Part shown: positions 38,321 to 51,213 of the stretch, piece after piece | Position numbering within the stretch: position 1 is the first letter of the stretch | Layout of the letters: the number at the start of each line of letters is the position of its first letter | Notes under the pieces: generated by a model | The model's database searches: none | What the model was told of the DNA's origin: nothing | The model's input: only the letters and a program-made list of their open reading frames with translations | DNA from: Eledone cirrhosa | Lineage: Eukaryota | Length of the DNA stretch: 64,000 bases | Assembly: GCA_964016885.1 (NCBI GenBank) | Contig: OZ024743.1 | Span: 226,858,001-226,922,000, forward strand | Direction of reading: 5' to 3' | Position numbers and translations under genes: made by a program

Positions 38321-38782
38321 AAAAACTTTTGATGTATTAAAGGATTCTTTGTTTTACTCTCTTAATTTTTCGGCTCTGTTTAACTGCATTGAGCTATACC
38401 TTTTACTGTCATTTCTATAATACGAAGAGGGTGTTTGACTCAAACACGCTCCAGTATTCTAATCCTTATATATATATATATACATTTTTATATATACAAA
38501 TGGTTCATCTGAATAGATATCTTCTTGATGTCATGATGCAACCTAGGTGACTGTATTTAAATCGTAAGACAATCTGTCACTATGTTAAGCAATTGCGGTG
38601 ATATTTTTTTTAACTGAGAGGATGTTATAAAATGAAATGAAATACCTTGACAAAAGTTCATAAACCCAGCATTCACACACAAACTCAAACAAACAGCTCT
38701 TATAATGCTAAAATAACTTTATGATGTCATGTTGTTCTCTGTTGGTGGTTTTTCATGTATTTTACTTACCTTATACAAATGA

Positions 38783-38814
<32 letters not shown>

Positions 38815-39089
38815 GCATGTGTGTATGTGTGAGTGTGTGGTGTGTGTGTGTGTGTAGATTTTCATGTAAGTGTGTATGTGTGTTATTTATATATAAGTAT
38901 ACATAAAACATGAAAACCTTCACCAAGAAAACATTAAATACGTTATATAGAGGATAAAATGTATTTTTAAAGAGAAATGTTTGACAGTAGCTTCGTCGTT
39001 CGCATCACAACTTAGACAGTATGACGAGCTGGCGCCCCAGAGAAAGTTGCAATAACCCAATAAATGTCAAGATTATATCTATCTATTAT

Positions 39090-39126
<37 letters not shown>

Positions 39127-39131
39127 ATATC

Positions 39132-39162
<31 letters not shown>

Positions 39163-39195
39163 CTAAGTAACTCTCTCTCCCTTCTCTCTCTCTCC

Positions 39196-39305
<110 letters not shown>

Positions 39306-39432
39306 ATATCTTGTATGTAGATTCTCGGAATAAAAAAAGACGCATCATATACACATAAGAATACTATTAAATTCTAATTTGGCATTGAGTACTCACTCTC
39401 GCTCCGTCAACATCACACGGCTACCCCTCCCC

Positions 39433-39525
<93 letters not shown>

Positions 39526-41199
39526 CACACACACTTGGGGAGGGTCATATTTGTGTAATAATATTGCCAGAATTAATAACAGAACACACTCACTGTTTGG
39601 TTGGTTTTCCCTTCTGTGTCTTTTATATCGGTTAATTTAATTTATTCGGTCGTCAATGTTACCATTGACTGACCAACGATCAAAAGTACAGATACAATAT
39701 AGACACAAACACATATATATAGTCTAACAAAGTTCTGTCGTTGCACATCTGCAAGATCGTCAGTGGTGCTATTATGTTTCCCCCGTTGCATTGTATGCCT
39801 ACGCCATCTTTATTTAGTCTGTTTAATTCATCGCCGTTATATATATATAAGTATACATATATATATATGATTTACAATAAAACGAAGTTAGACTTTGAAA
39901 TACTTTTATTGTATACTAGCAGTAAAGCCCGGCGTTGCTCGGGCTCGCTCAGTAGCTGTGTTAAAGTTACAATGTTAAGTTTCTTTTTTGGCTTAAAAAC
40001 TGTAGTGTCTACTGTGCAGACTTGCATGTGGTGTTTTTGATTAATATTCCCTCAACCAACAATATGCTTTATGAAGTTAAGAAAACATAACGATAACCCG
40101 AATGTTATAACAAAAGAGGATGCTGGGGATAAAAACTGCACTGGTTATTTATTAACAAAGATCGAAAATGTAAACACTGCAACGCAGAGAAAAACATTAG
40201 CGTAACCAAATTATCAGTTATTTTGAAACAAAGAAATTGGATGGACATGAAGAACAAAAAAAAAATGCGTTATCTGAAGTCGAGGGGCAGGCAGCATCAA
40301 ATAGGTTTGCACTTGTGATAAAAAATATTGACAATGTAATAGCTCAGATGTTTAAGTATAAAGTATGAAGAGCTCATAACATACCCATGGTGAGTTTGAC
40401 GGGCAGATTATAGACAGCCACAGCATGCGAAATGGATAGCTGCAGCAAAAGCCATATTCACCAAAAAGAATCACTAAAATCAACAAAACAGAAATGCTGC
40501 TTCCATTGCATCTTCAGGTGCAACTGAGAATGATGACGAAAGTTTACTTTGACGCACCAGAAATGCTGTTGTCGCTTGTTGTCCATGTCGGAATGCATAT
40601 TGAAACAATGAAAGAAATGACGGAAACAATCTGTGTATGTATGCGGCAAGTTGTGTGTGTCTACGTATTAAACGCCGGACTTGTCAGCGACTGGAGGGTG
40701 TCCTTAACAATCGAAAGCATCAATTCCAGAGTCCACTTTGACTTGCAAGCAATGCCGGGCCTATAGGTCTCGTGATGTGTCCTATGGTGTCAGAGGCGTT
40801 GTGCTTGTTAAGAAGTTGGCGTCATGTCGTCAGTTTCGAAGTTGCTGATGTCGCGTGTGTGTTAATGCATGAGCACGCATGTATGTCGTTCTTTTAACTG
40901 TGTGTGGGCGTATGTGTGGGTGCATATGATGGCGGTGTGTGCAAATACGAAGTGCGAATAAGTTTGTATATAGTTCTGTTGTTTGACATATATTTGTACA
41001 ATGGTAGAAAATTCAAATGAGAAGTGATTCACTGTTGCATTGGTAACTGTAATTTACTCTGCAAATGCACTGAAAGGTATGTCTAGGTGTCAATAGAATG
41101 CACTGCGTCAATGTTGAATAAGTCTCCTTTTTTCAGGTTTCGTAGATGCTATATATTTAAGGCAGTTGGTGTAACATTGCCATTTTGAACATAAAAACT

Positions 41200-44100
41200 C
41201 TATAAAACCTCACGGTATACAATATTCTTTGTTTTTCCATTTGGAGCAAAGGCAAAAAGGTTATTCCGGCTGCCAACTCGAGAACATCCAACGTAGAATT
41301 GTCCATGTGAGAAACATGGTTCCTCCAGGTGAAGTCCTGCAACAGATAAAGTCTGACCCTGGGACTTGTTGATGGACATAGCAAAGGCAGCACGAAGGGG
41401 AAATTGAGTTCTTTTAAAAGAATAGGGTGCATCCACTCCTGATGTAGTAAGAGTTACCATAGGTATTAAAACATCTTCTCCTTTTCCACACCCTGACATA
41501 ATCGTAGCATAAATAATGTGCTGTGACATCCTATTGACAACAAGGCGTGTACCATTGCAAAGCTTGGGAGGAGTTATATTCCTGAGAAGTATAACTGGAC
41601 ATCCTTCCTTGAGAGACAAAATATGTTGAGGTAGACCAGGAATGTCCAATGAATTGAGGAATTCAATGGGATAACTGACCGCATCATGTGGATCAACATT
41701 GGTATCAATAGACTTAAAAGTCATATCATTTCCAGGAAGACTTTCAAGCATTTGGCGATTAATGGCGGAGACAGTGGCATTTGTAGGAGCTAATATAGCC
41801 CTCTCACACAGCCATGCATGATTGCGGTAATTATCTACCAAGCTGGGAAAAACGGTTGCCTTGAGATCTTCGACAGTGTTAACCAGACAGCATATATTGT
41901 CGAGTGCAATGTCTCTATGCACATCTGAAGGTACTTTGCCGTCGCCAAGAATGAGAAGGTCTTCAGCAAATGTTTCAGACACAGTATCGCCATGCAGTTG
42001 AATACGCATGTTAGTGGTCAGACGAAGTGTTGTTACCTGTTGCCACAATGGAGAAGACTTCAGGCAGGCCCGAACTTGATCCGCTCTGGTGCCCTTTGGA
42101 ATAACCGGCAAAGTTTGTCGAAAGTCCCCTGAAAGCAAAAGAGTTACACCCCCCATGGTCTCCTGACAGTCTCTAATGTCTTTTAGCGTTCTATCTAAGG
42201 CCTCAATAGCTCCTTTGTGAGCCATGGTACATTCATCCCACAAAATCAGTTGGCACCGCCGTAGCAGTTCTGCTCTGGGACTATCCTTGGTGATGTCACA
42301 GAGCGGTGTTTCAGCTGATACCAAGTTAAGCGGAAGCTTAAAGGTAGAATGTGCTGTCCTACCGCCAGGAAGTAGTGTTGCAGCAATACCAGATGATGCA
42401 ACAGCTATTGCGATAACTTCATTCTGTCTAACTTTGGCAAGAATAAGTTTAGTCACAAAGGTTTTTCCAGTGCCTCCAGGGGCATCAAGAAAGAAGATAC
42501 CACCCGATCGATGAAATACATAATCAGTGATAGTGTTGTATGCTAATTGTTGATCAGGAAGTAGTTTTGATTCCATTTCAAACACATATCTAGCTAGAGC
42601 ATCGACATCATAAGATGTTTCTTGGATGATGAGAATTGGAATTTTATTAGAATCAGTGCGGTGGGTTTGTGGAAGACCGTATGCTGGCAAGGCATTCCCA
42701 CCCATAAGGAAAATCCTGTCCTCTATATCTATAAGCCCTTTATTGTATAAATCATCACTGAAATCTATTTCTATGTCAGGAAGTAGTAGTTGAGCCTGGT
42801 GAAGGAAGTCCTCAGACAGTTGGTTCCGAAACTTCAACCATAATGTGTAGGCATCACAAATGTTACATAAGTGAAGAAGCTTTGCAAAGACCTCTCGTAG
42901 GCTTCCAGCTGAGTGTGATGAAGCGATCTCCACCAAGGTTGCATCCCATCGTGAGTCATCTTCAAGCATTCCACGAGCCAAACAGGCATCTCTGTATGTA
43001 GACCAAACACGATTACTGAAAGTTCTGAGGTCCTGAAAACTGGTCGGTCCTTTGACCTCATGCAGTAGCATTCGAAGATAGAAGCAACTGTGTTGATTTG
43101 GAGGAATCGTATACACTCGCCCCAAGCAATTAGTGAATTTGATTCCAGGAACTCCAATAACTGGTTGGCCAGTCTTTCTGCGACACCATGTTTTTTTATT
43201 CCATGTGTAGTATGATGGCACCTGAGGATACAGCAATGATTTTGCGAACTCATCGTATTTGCAAAGTTTGAAGAATCCAGTTAAAGTTGTCTCCCTTGGG
43301 GTCTGTGCTAATTCAGCGGCATTTTCATTGGTATAATACACCCGTTGACCGTGTTCTAGGTGTACATCTAATTTTACAATTGAAGGGTGCCTATCATGTA
43401 TTGGAAAACCAAAGATTCGCCAAAAGGCCTCGCTACTACTTATGTATCGACCTACTTGGAATTGTGTTACTTCGTCTCTATTGTTTTCGTTGAGTATACC
43501 GAACGAAGCAGCGTCAGAACCTTTATTAACATACTTACATATGTATTTGATGCACTTGACGGAGCTACAGAATTCAACATTAATGTGTGCGTTGAAAGTA
43601 CTGAGCAGGAGTGGACAATAGGGAATGATCCATCTGTTGTCAACCTCGCCATTCTTAACCCTAGCCGTAAAACCTCCATCTTCAGGTCGCCTACGTCTAT
43701 ATAATGGGTAGCCATCATTGCCAGTCTGAGTATCGCGAATAAATTGACGGGGAAATTTTTTAGTGCATCTTTTATTGCCTGTAACGCATGGTAAGTCGGT
43801 TCTAAAGCCAGGCCCACATGGACCATGCACCATATGTGCCCTAACTTTCATGTACAAGTCCTTGTCAGTGGAAGGATCTGGTAATTCTGCAGAGATGATC
43901 CTGTCAATGTCGTTAGAACTAACCTTTGTTGTCAGCCAAATAAGAATATGAGCATGGGGGAGGCCCCTTTTTTGCCATTCGATTGTGTACATGTCACATT
44001 GAACTGGTCCGAAAACCTCACCTAATTTCATAAGATACATAAGCTTAAGTAACTTAAGACGGAATACTCTAGCTGCGAGATCATGTCGGCGTGTGGTGTT

Positions 44101-44961
44101 CTGACCAGGAAGGAGTTCGTCCTCAATCTCCTTCCAATTGGGGTTACATGTAAAAGTTATGAATAAGTCTGGCCTACCGTAGTGTCGTACAATTGTCATG
44201 GCCTCCTGAGTCCTTTCATGCATATATCGAGGGCTTCCCGTGAAGGTAGAGGGCAGAATGCATACTTTTCCAAGACTCTCAGGATCCGCATCATTGTTCA
44301 TTCCATCCCGAAGGTGTATGTAGCTGTCACAACGCAACTTTTTTTGATTGAGTTTGATAAAACACAATCTCTCTGATTCCATTTTTGCACACATGTCAGT
44401 TGCATACTGGTTGAAAAGGTCTTGAGAGCGGTGGAGGTGATTAAAACAGTCATCTCGGATCATGAATCGAAATGCATAGAAGTCCTTGCATGAAACTGTT
44501 TTGGTAGAATGAACCTCTGAATTGGTAGAGTTACATTGTGGAATGCCAAAATGGTATCCATCCTCTCCATATACAAAAAGCAGTGGGTATTGGAGTGCGT
44601 CGTATGATCTGTGTGTTTCACTGATCCGTTGAAGTCCGTGGTCGCGATGCTTGATAACAATGTCACGTTTGTTGTGCTGATCACCAGCGAGAAGTATCGC
44701 AACCTCATTCAAAGAAGGTGAATTATAGCGGCCTGCATGTTCTCCAGATGGCCGCTTGTCAGCATCAATGACAACATAGTAATTATCAACAGGAGCTGTT
44801 TCTAATGCATATTTAAAGCTCTGAACATAGCTGTTGTGACTATGAAGCATGTCTTGAAGTTCAAAAAGGAGCTCCTGTCTAGTGTCATAGGCAATTGAAT
44901 ATTTCCTTGTTGCTTGTGAACAGTCAGTTAAGTTATTTGTTTTTTTCTTTTGGGAAGGCAA
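41200..44961 (-). CDS. Helitron RepHel: HUH Rep + PIF1-like SF1 helicase (main part)
   Basis: Rep motifs PDLFITFTCNPNW, YTIEWQKRGLPHAHILIW, KYICKYVNKG. Helicase motifs FFLDAPGGTGKTF, LILWDECTM, GDFRQTLPV, AFAMSINKSQGQTL, HGQFYVGCSRV. Confidence 0.95.
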   Translation of the reverse strand: MPSQKKKTNNLTDCSQATRKYSIAYDTRQELLFELQDMLHSHNSYVQSFKYALETAPVDNYYVVIDADKRPSGEHAGRYNSPSLNEVAILLAGDQHNKRDIVIKHRDHGLQRISETHRSYDALQYPLLFVYGEDGYHFGIPQCNSTNSEVHSTKTVSCKDFYAFRFMIRDDCFNHLHRSQDLFNQYATDMCAKMESERLCFIKLNQKKLRCDSYIHLRDGMNNDADPESLGKVCILPSTFTGSPRYMHERTQEAMTIVRHYGRPDLFITFTCNPNWKEIEDELLPGQNTTRRHDLAARVFRLKLLKLMYLMKLGEVFGPVQCDMYTIEWQKRGLPHAHILIWLTTKVSSNDIDRIISAELPDPSTDKDLYMKVRAHMVHGPCGPGFRTDLPCVTGNKRCTKKFPRQFIRDTQTGNDGYPLYRRRRPEDGGFTARVKNGEVDNRWIIPYCPLLLSTFNAHINVEFCSSVKCIKYICKYVNKGSDAASFGILNENNRDEVTQFQVGRYISSSEAFWRIFGFPIHDRHPSIVKLDVHLEHGQRVYYTNENAAELAQTPRETTLTGFFKLCKYDEFAKSLLYPQVPSYYTWNKKTWCRRKTGQPVIGVPGIKFTNCLGRVYTIPPNQHSCFYLRMLLHEVKGPTSFQDLRTFSNRVWSTYRDACLARGMLEDDSRWDATLVEIASSHSAGSLREVFAKLLHLCNICDAYTLWLKFRNQLSEDFLHQAQLLLPDIEIDFSDDLYNKGLIDIEDRIFLMGGNALPAYGLPQTHRTDSNKIPILIIQETSYDVDALARYVFEMESKLLPDQQLAYNTITDYVFHRSGGIFFLDAPGGTGKTFVTKLILAKVRQNEVIAIAVASSGIAATLLPGGRTAHSTFKLPLNLVSAETPLCDITKDSPRAELLRRCQLILWDECTMAHKGAIEALDRTLKDIRDCQETMGGVTLLLSGDFRQTLPVIPKGTRADQVRACLKSSPLWQQVTTLRLTTNMRIQLHGDTVSETFAEDLLILGDGKVPSDVHRDIALDNICCLVNTVEDLKATVFPSLVDNYRNHAWLCERAILAPTNATVSAINRQMLESLPGNDMTFKSIDTNVDPHDAVSYPIEFLNSLDIPGLPQHILSLKEGCPVILLRNITPPKLCNGTRLVVNRMSQHIIYATIMSGCGKGEDVLIPMVTLTTSGVDAPYSFKRTQFPLRAAFAMSINKSQGQTLSVAGLHLEEPCFSHGQFYVGCSRVGSRNNLFAFAPNGKTKNIVYREVL

Positions 44962-45987
44962 ATGTATTTCGCCTTGTAGCTTGTTGAAGGCAGTTGGACA
45001 TGAAGTAGACCTGGAGAAATCGGGGCTCTTTATTATCTACAGGCTCCAGTGATCCGATAAGATGATAAACCTGACCTTGAACTTTGAAAGTGGGCATAAA
45101 TCCACCTTCATATTCATAACTCGATCCAAAAGATGTCATTTGAAAGGCACAATTATAATGTCGAATATCTAGAAGGAAAGCTCTGGAGAGTGAATGGGTG
45201 CCTATAAGAAGAAGCCTCAATGGCTGTGGTGGATCTCTAGGAGGGTGCAAGTTGACCTTACCATTAGAGCAGCACATTCCGGCTGGTTCGCCCGGCCACT
45301 TTTTAGCTTTGCAAAACTGGCAAATTCCAGACATGTCACCAATTTGAATATGAAGGTGTGTAGCATAATTATTAGCGGGGACATAATTGAAAGCCTTCAA
45401 TGACCACCGTGATTTGGCAGCCCTCGAAATACCCCGCTTATTGGCTTTATACTGAAAAACACCTCCCAGTCGAATAGTTCGGTTACCTGCTGTCTCCGCT
45501 TCTCGCGCAGCTGCAGTAGCAGCCGCATCTCTGCCCTGACGAAGTATACGTTCAATAGCATTCTCTGCAGCTCGAACAGTTGCAGTAACAGCCGCATCTC
45601 TGCTTTGACGGAGTTTACGTTGAACATCATTCTCTGCAGCTCGCGTAGCTGCTTTTGCTTTGCATTTCTTGCAAGCTGAGTTTGACGTTCCACGTGTTTC
45701 ACTGCAGCACATAAGGATGCAGTTGAAGAAGCATTTCTGGTGCGTCGGAATAAACATTCGTCATAATTCTCAGTTGCCTGTGAAGGTGCAATGGAAGCAG
45801 CATTTCTGTCCTGTTGACTCAAGCAACGCTCATCGATAGACAGAGCTGTTGTATTCACTGAACACCCCGCTATTTCAGGCTGTCTAATGCTCGACGACAC
45901 CTCAGTCAGCCTCCTTCTTTTTGTTATCTGAGACCGCGTCAGTCGTAATAAGGGTGTCCTTTTTTTAGGCATCAGGGTGGTGGGCAC
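44933..45987 (-). pseudogene. Helitron RepHel N-terminus split by frameshifts (~45660 and ~44945)
   Basis: Start MPKKR..., 21-aa R..RDAA..A..RAAE repeats, Zn finger CQFCKAKKWPGEPAGMCCSNGKV, IRHYNCAFQMTSFG and FKVQGQVYHLIGSL, spread over two frames. Confidence 0.85.
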
Positions 45988-46368
45988 GATTGAAACCTAA
46001 AACAAACAATCCCTCCATTTCGTCAAGATAAAATGAAATTAAAGTAAATTCAGCCTTATAAGACCGTAAAATTAATTTAAGTAGAAGGCCTAACCGCCAA
46101 CGCCATAGTGAAATCAACCAACTTATACTGAAAATAATCCAAACGTTTAATAGGGAAAGTTTGCTAACCGTCGTAATAAAAAAATAAATATCAATAACTT
46201 ACGAAGTAATGAACTCGCCGAACTTTTAAAGCGTTGTAGCATACAAAGGCAGTACAGTGCAAATGAAGCTATTAAACAAACTGGAGATTCCAATTCACTC
46301 TACTAAAGATTTACTTAATCGTCTGCACATTCGCTAATCGTCTGCTCATTCCATAAAAGGGAAATAAT

Positions 46369-46537
46369 CGCCTATATCACCTCTCTGCATGACTGTCTGT
46401 CTGCACGCCTATATCACCTCTCTGCATGACTGTCTGTCTGCACGCCTATATCACCTCTCTGCACGACTGTCTGTCTGCACGCGTATATCACCTCTCTGCA
46501 CGACTGTCTGTCTGCACGACTGTCTGTCTGCACGCCT
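46369..46537. repeat. 37-bp minisatellite in the Helitron 5' region (~4 copies plus partials)
   Basis: cgcctatatcacctctctgca(t/c)gactgtctgtctgca at 46369, 46406, 46443 and 46480. Confidence 0.9.
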
Positions 46538-47264
46538 AACGAAATTTACAGATACATATATTTTAAATAAACTTATATAATTTTTGCTTTTTTTTACGAA
46601 ATATTTGCTTGTTTTACGTAGTCTTTAAATAGACTTGTTTTCAAGTAAAAATATTGTTTTAAAAGGCTTTTAAATGGAAATGAAGCAAAACGGAAGCTTA
46701 GTGTTCGAACTGATGAATTTTGCAGGTCAAAATTTTGCTGGCTCGACAACTGTTCGTGTATTGTGTTAATGTAATTTTAAACACTGAGAAAGCCAGCGTA
46801 ATTTTTTTAATTTTTGCACGCAGACGCTCAATGTAAACAGAACAAAGGGAAATAACTGATCACTTACGCTCAAAAATCGATACATTATATTCGATTTCGT
46901 CAGATAGGGCGGGTCAATTTGAAATATTTTTTTTCCGATGTCTTCGCTAGGGCTCAATGTACAAGTATAGCAATTTCGGTGCAATTCCGTGAGAGATTCT
47001 AAGAGGAGATGTGTGCCAAAAATCGATAGACAGACAGACAACCTCAGTTTTATATATATAGATTGACAGTTACATCGATAGGATAAAACTAACTAGCCCC
47101 GTGTCAATCATTTGTGTAACGGTCGATATACAATAAAAATACATTAAAGTGAAACTACGTTATATCATACTTCATATATATACAATCTGCTATACCAACA
47201 AGTGCTCATGTTGTTGCATTATCCAGTAATCAACGGAATTACTTATTAACGTACACACACACAT

Positions 47265-47312
<48 letters not shown>

Positions 47313-49487
47313 AAAGGAAATCATCGGAAGAACCGATGTATCTCAGTTCGTTTTCTTACTCACTCAATGATTTAATTAAGCCAGCATCATTAGCATACCA
47401 ACCAAACAAGAAAGCAGTGTTCCCTGATCCTATGGGCATTGCTTACACGCCCAACATAGAATCAAATACGCTTCAAGCAGGGCTATAAATGCTCCCTTTT
47501 TTGGCAGTGCGTCCCGACGTCTGCATCCAATCTGTAAAGTGCACTGATTTATTCTGTAGGATGAAATTGCATGATTTGAGCGGGATAGTCTCCTAATTAT
47601 CTTAGGTCGAAACCCCACATAGCATCTCCCTAAATATGTCGATGTTACTTTTTTATTTTGCCCTAGGTCAGATATAAGTAGACATGTTATCCAAAGAATA
47701 CGTGAGTTGGCCACCACGTGCTGCTCATTCGTCTTTGCCTTGTGACGCATAGCTACTTTATCTAGTGTGGCTGATGTTCTTCTAAGATGTTAATATATAT
47801 CCTGCTAGAGATTTGTTTTGCAATTTCTAGTAAACAATTCTAACACGAAGAGAATCTATCAGTAGATGGTTAAATTTGATTACATATCATATATATAATC
47901 AGATTTTGTGAGAATGGGAATGGAACTATATAGTTTGAAGTTGAACATGTATGATTCAATCTTACATTGCTTGGCATATATTTCTTACTTTTAGAATTAT
48001 CAAGATAGAGAAACTGTGTATTCGGCAAAACTCCTGGTAAGCAACAACTGGCAATAAATTGCTTTATCTGTTGCACCAAGAGATTACCTTTCTTTTGTAT
48101 ATATTCCTGTTAGATCTTACGAGGGAATGCCATATCAACGTGATGAAGAAGAAGGGATGTCTTGGAGGTGTTATTGTTTATAATGATGCTGATGGGGATC
48201 GTGTTACTGATGGTGATAAAGATTGTGATGGTGATGATGCAAGAGAAAATAATTGAGTTTCACATTAAATCAAAATTGAATTCTATTGCTGCAAATTTGA
48301 TTTTCTCTAAAGTAAAATTGTATTTCTCGTTTGTTTTTCTTCCATTCAAAAATTGATAATGAATTCACAAGAATTAAATAACTGTTAAAACGGAAGCACA
48401 CTCACACATACACACAACCACATGCATACACATACAAATAATCAAGCAAGCAGACTCATATTCAGCTGTATATATATATATATATATATACATACATGTA
48501 TCTACATACATAGTTACTTACATACATACGTTCATACAAACACACACACACTTATATACATACATATATATATATATATATATATGAAACTTAACAGGTA
48601 TATAAAAATAAAATTAAATGAAAATTATAAAAGTTGTAAAATATTCAAGCAAAAGAGAAATTTATGGCTGCTTTGAATGCGAAATGACAGAATGAGTTTG
48701 CTCTTGTTTTTCTTCGTTATTTTGCTTTAAGTTTTGTATGAATTACATTATATATATTTTTATTGTAAAGGATGGTAGCCTGATTCTGTTGTTAATAAGT
48801 AAATATACGCGAAAGAGAGTGCTTCGTCAGTTAAAATCTCCAAAGTCCCCGTATATATTTTAGCTTCTATTTGAATTCAATAAATGGCTCATCTAATAAT
48901 GGAAAGTTTCAATATGCTTTTGTTTTTAGCTGAATATCAAAGGTGTTCAATCTGGACTACGATCAAATATGTTGCAAATGTGATAAACCAGAGCTGTTTT
49001 CAGGCATTGCCTGTATACTTTCTTCTTTTTGACTGTTTAATGAAGTGAGTAGTGTAATGCTCATTATCATTTTGAAGACATTGTAGACTTGTGTAATTGA
49101 AGGAGAGGGTAAAAGAGTATAAAGAAACTGGAAACCTCATTTCAATGCTTGCAACATAGTGTATTCTGATAGATAGAGGTACCTTTCACTTGTTGGTGTT
49201 AAAATGGATAACAGTTCAGGTATACTAACCAAGATAAATTAGACAACCCAGACATATATAACCCAAGATTATATCTAAGTCTACCAACCAAGATTAAAGT
49301 CATTTGTCCAACGTTCGAAAGCCGGTCTATCAAACATATGGGACTGCAGTATTCAATGTGTCGTCCACTTTTTAGAATAAAGTATATTACAATTTTAGTA
49401 TATTACAATTTCAGTATATTACTGTGTTTGTTATTTCTAGCTGACTCTAGGTTCTTATTTTGAGTTCATTCCTAGTTATGTAAATAT

Positions 49488-49720
49488 AAGATCAGGAGTT
49501 CAATTCCGGTAGCACGTACTGTCGTTGAGCAAGACACTTTATTATACATTTTTCTAGCCCACTCAGTTGGCAAAAATAGGTTATGCTTATAATTGAAAAG
49601 GACAGCCTTGTCAAGCACCCTTTAAATTAGTGTATTGATGCATATTTCGATGGAATCTCAACGAGTCTGTTAAGGCGCTCAAACAACAGAAACACACATC
49701 ATTGGAACCGACGAAAGTTC
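49488..49720 (+). mobile_element. Old SINE-like repeat (family 2)
   Basis: B-box-like gagttcaattcc followed by ttgagcaagacactt..cccactcagttggcaaaaat. Confidence 0.5.
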
Positions 49721-50558
49721 AACAACAACACATATGGACTCTCTGATAATCAACTGAGGAATATAATTTCATTAGAATTAATTAGAATTGTAGATTCAGG
49801 TGGAGCGCTTATCCTTTGCATATATCGATCTATATGTTCTTATATATAGGCATATAAATTATATATTTTCCGTGGCACACACACATATATATGTGTATGT
49901 GTGTCTATCTGTGTGTCTGAATATGAAAGTAGGCCTATCATAAACATAAATCTGAATGTAGATATCCCTAGAACAAACAAAAAGTAATTATTGAATGCCC
50001 TACACGTAAATAATAGACTCCGAAAACAAAGCCAACAATAAACAAAACCTCTAGTGGATAAGACCATCAGATTCCAAGCTCGTAACTAATACACACATAA
50101 AACAAAGCCAATCATGAACTAAACTAAATGTCTATCCTACACCCAAGACATCATTTATAATGAGTATGGCGGAGACGGGTATTTTCAAGCTGCATCCGTC
50201 ACACTACACAGTTTCTGTATAAGAATAAACATTAAACAATATTTATTATTATCTGCAGCAACTACGACTCCATTACGTAATAATCTCCACGAACAAGACA
50301 CATTGCTATGATTAATAGATACAATTAGTTAAAAGCTAGGGTGCTATCCCGCCAAACAGACCGACATCATTGCAATCTTCTTTAGTCCTAAACAAACCAA
50401 TCCATAATTATTTGAATAGCATATACTTATTAAACACATCAGACATATACTACTTTTAAACTCTCAATATGAAAGACAAATCCAAGAAAAGTGAGATAAG
50501 AAGTAAAACAAGGAAACTGGAAACTATACATACATATATATATATATGTGTGTGTGTG

Positions 50559-50652
<94 letters not shown>

Positions 50653-50736
50653 AAAGCGCATGGTTTCAGGGCGTCGAATTGCAATCGTGAGGTTTCCTAA
50701 CTAAAATTCACCCAATTAAGCTTTTGGTTTAAACAC

Positions 50737-50769
<33 letters not shown>

Positions 50770-50772
<3 letters not shown>

Positions 50773-51116
50773 ATAATAATAAATTTGAAGACTAAAATCC
50801 AAAGCGGGCTCGATAAGGATAAATATATATCAAATATATAAGAACCATAGAGCAAATATTTATTAAAATAACAGATTAAAGTTTAAGCAAAGAATCGCTG
50901 CTTTCACCCTTAACGGGATCTTCTGAAACTAACAAAGTCAATCTGTAAACGCAGAAGTCAATATTTCAAAAAACGTTGCAAAATATTGAAAAAAACGGTT
51001 GCAACGTTTTTTGAAATATCCACTTCTGCGTTTACAGATTGACTTTGTTACTTTCAGAAGATCCCGTTAAGGGTAAAAGCAGCGATTCTTTGCTTAAACT
51101 TTAAGCTGTTATTTTA

Positions 51117-51124
<8 letters not shown>
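50770..51124. mobile_element. Non-coding palindromic element with variant-core HHR
   Basis: Inverted arms ~50855-50981 and ~50999-51124, left tail 50770-50854, (TA)n flanks. Confidence 0.8.
50880..50930 (-). ncRNA. Hammerhead fold with CAGAAGA (U4A) core
   Basis: agttt-CAGAAGA-t ccc gttaa ggg t-GAAA-gca gcgattctt tgc-TT-aaact. The mirror at 51050-51100 (+) has AAAA for GAAA. Confidence 0.65.
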
Positions 51125-51153
<29 letters not shown>

Positions 51154-51178
51154 AGATGGTGACATGAACGCACCTCTT

Positions 51179-51213
<35 letters not shown>

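Larger units (their letters stand above)
36611..38468. mobile_element. Non-coding palindromic HHR element (young, ~500 bp arms)
   Basis: Near-identical inverted arms 36611-37109 and 37863-38365, an AT-rich ORF-less spacer, right tail 38366-38468, (TA)n flanks. Confidence 0.88.
39916..47062 (-). mobile_element. Full-length Helitron (rolling-circle transposon), 7147 bp
   Basis: The minus strand starts TC (tctatatatataaaactgagg) and ends with hairpin agcccg-agcaacgc-cgggct, 6 nt, CTAG. It sits between host A and T with no TSD and encodes Rep/helicase. Confidence 0.93.

Noticed and set aside
44939-44945. A_AAA_AAC heptamer at the Helitron ORF break as a programmed -1 frameshift
   Set aside because: The downstream RepHel frame is +1 relative to the upstream ORF, and the -1 frame hits TAA within a few codons. 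A simple indel is more likely.
46369-46537. 37-bp repeats as a CRISPR array
   Set aside because: The repeats are head-to-tail with no unique spacers, there are no cas genes, and the context is eukaryotic.
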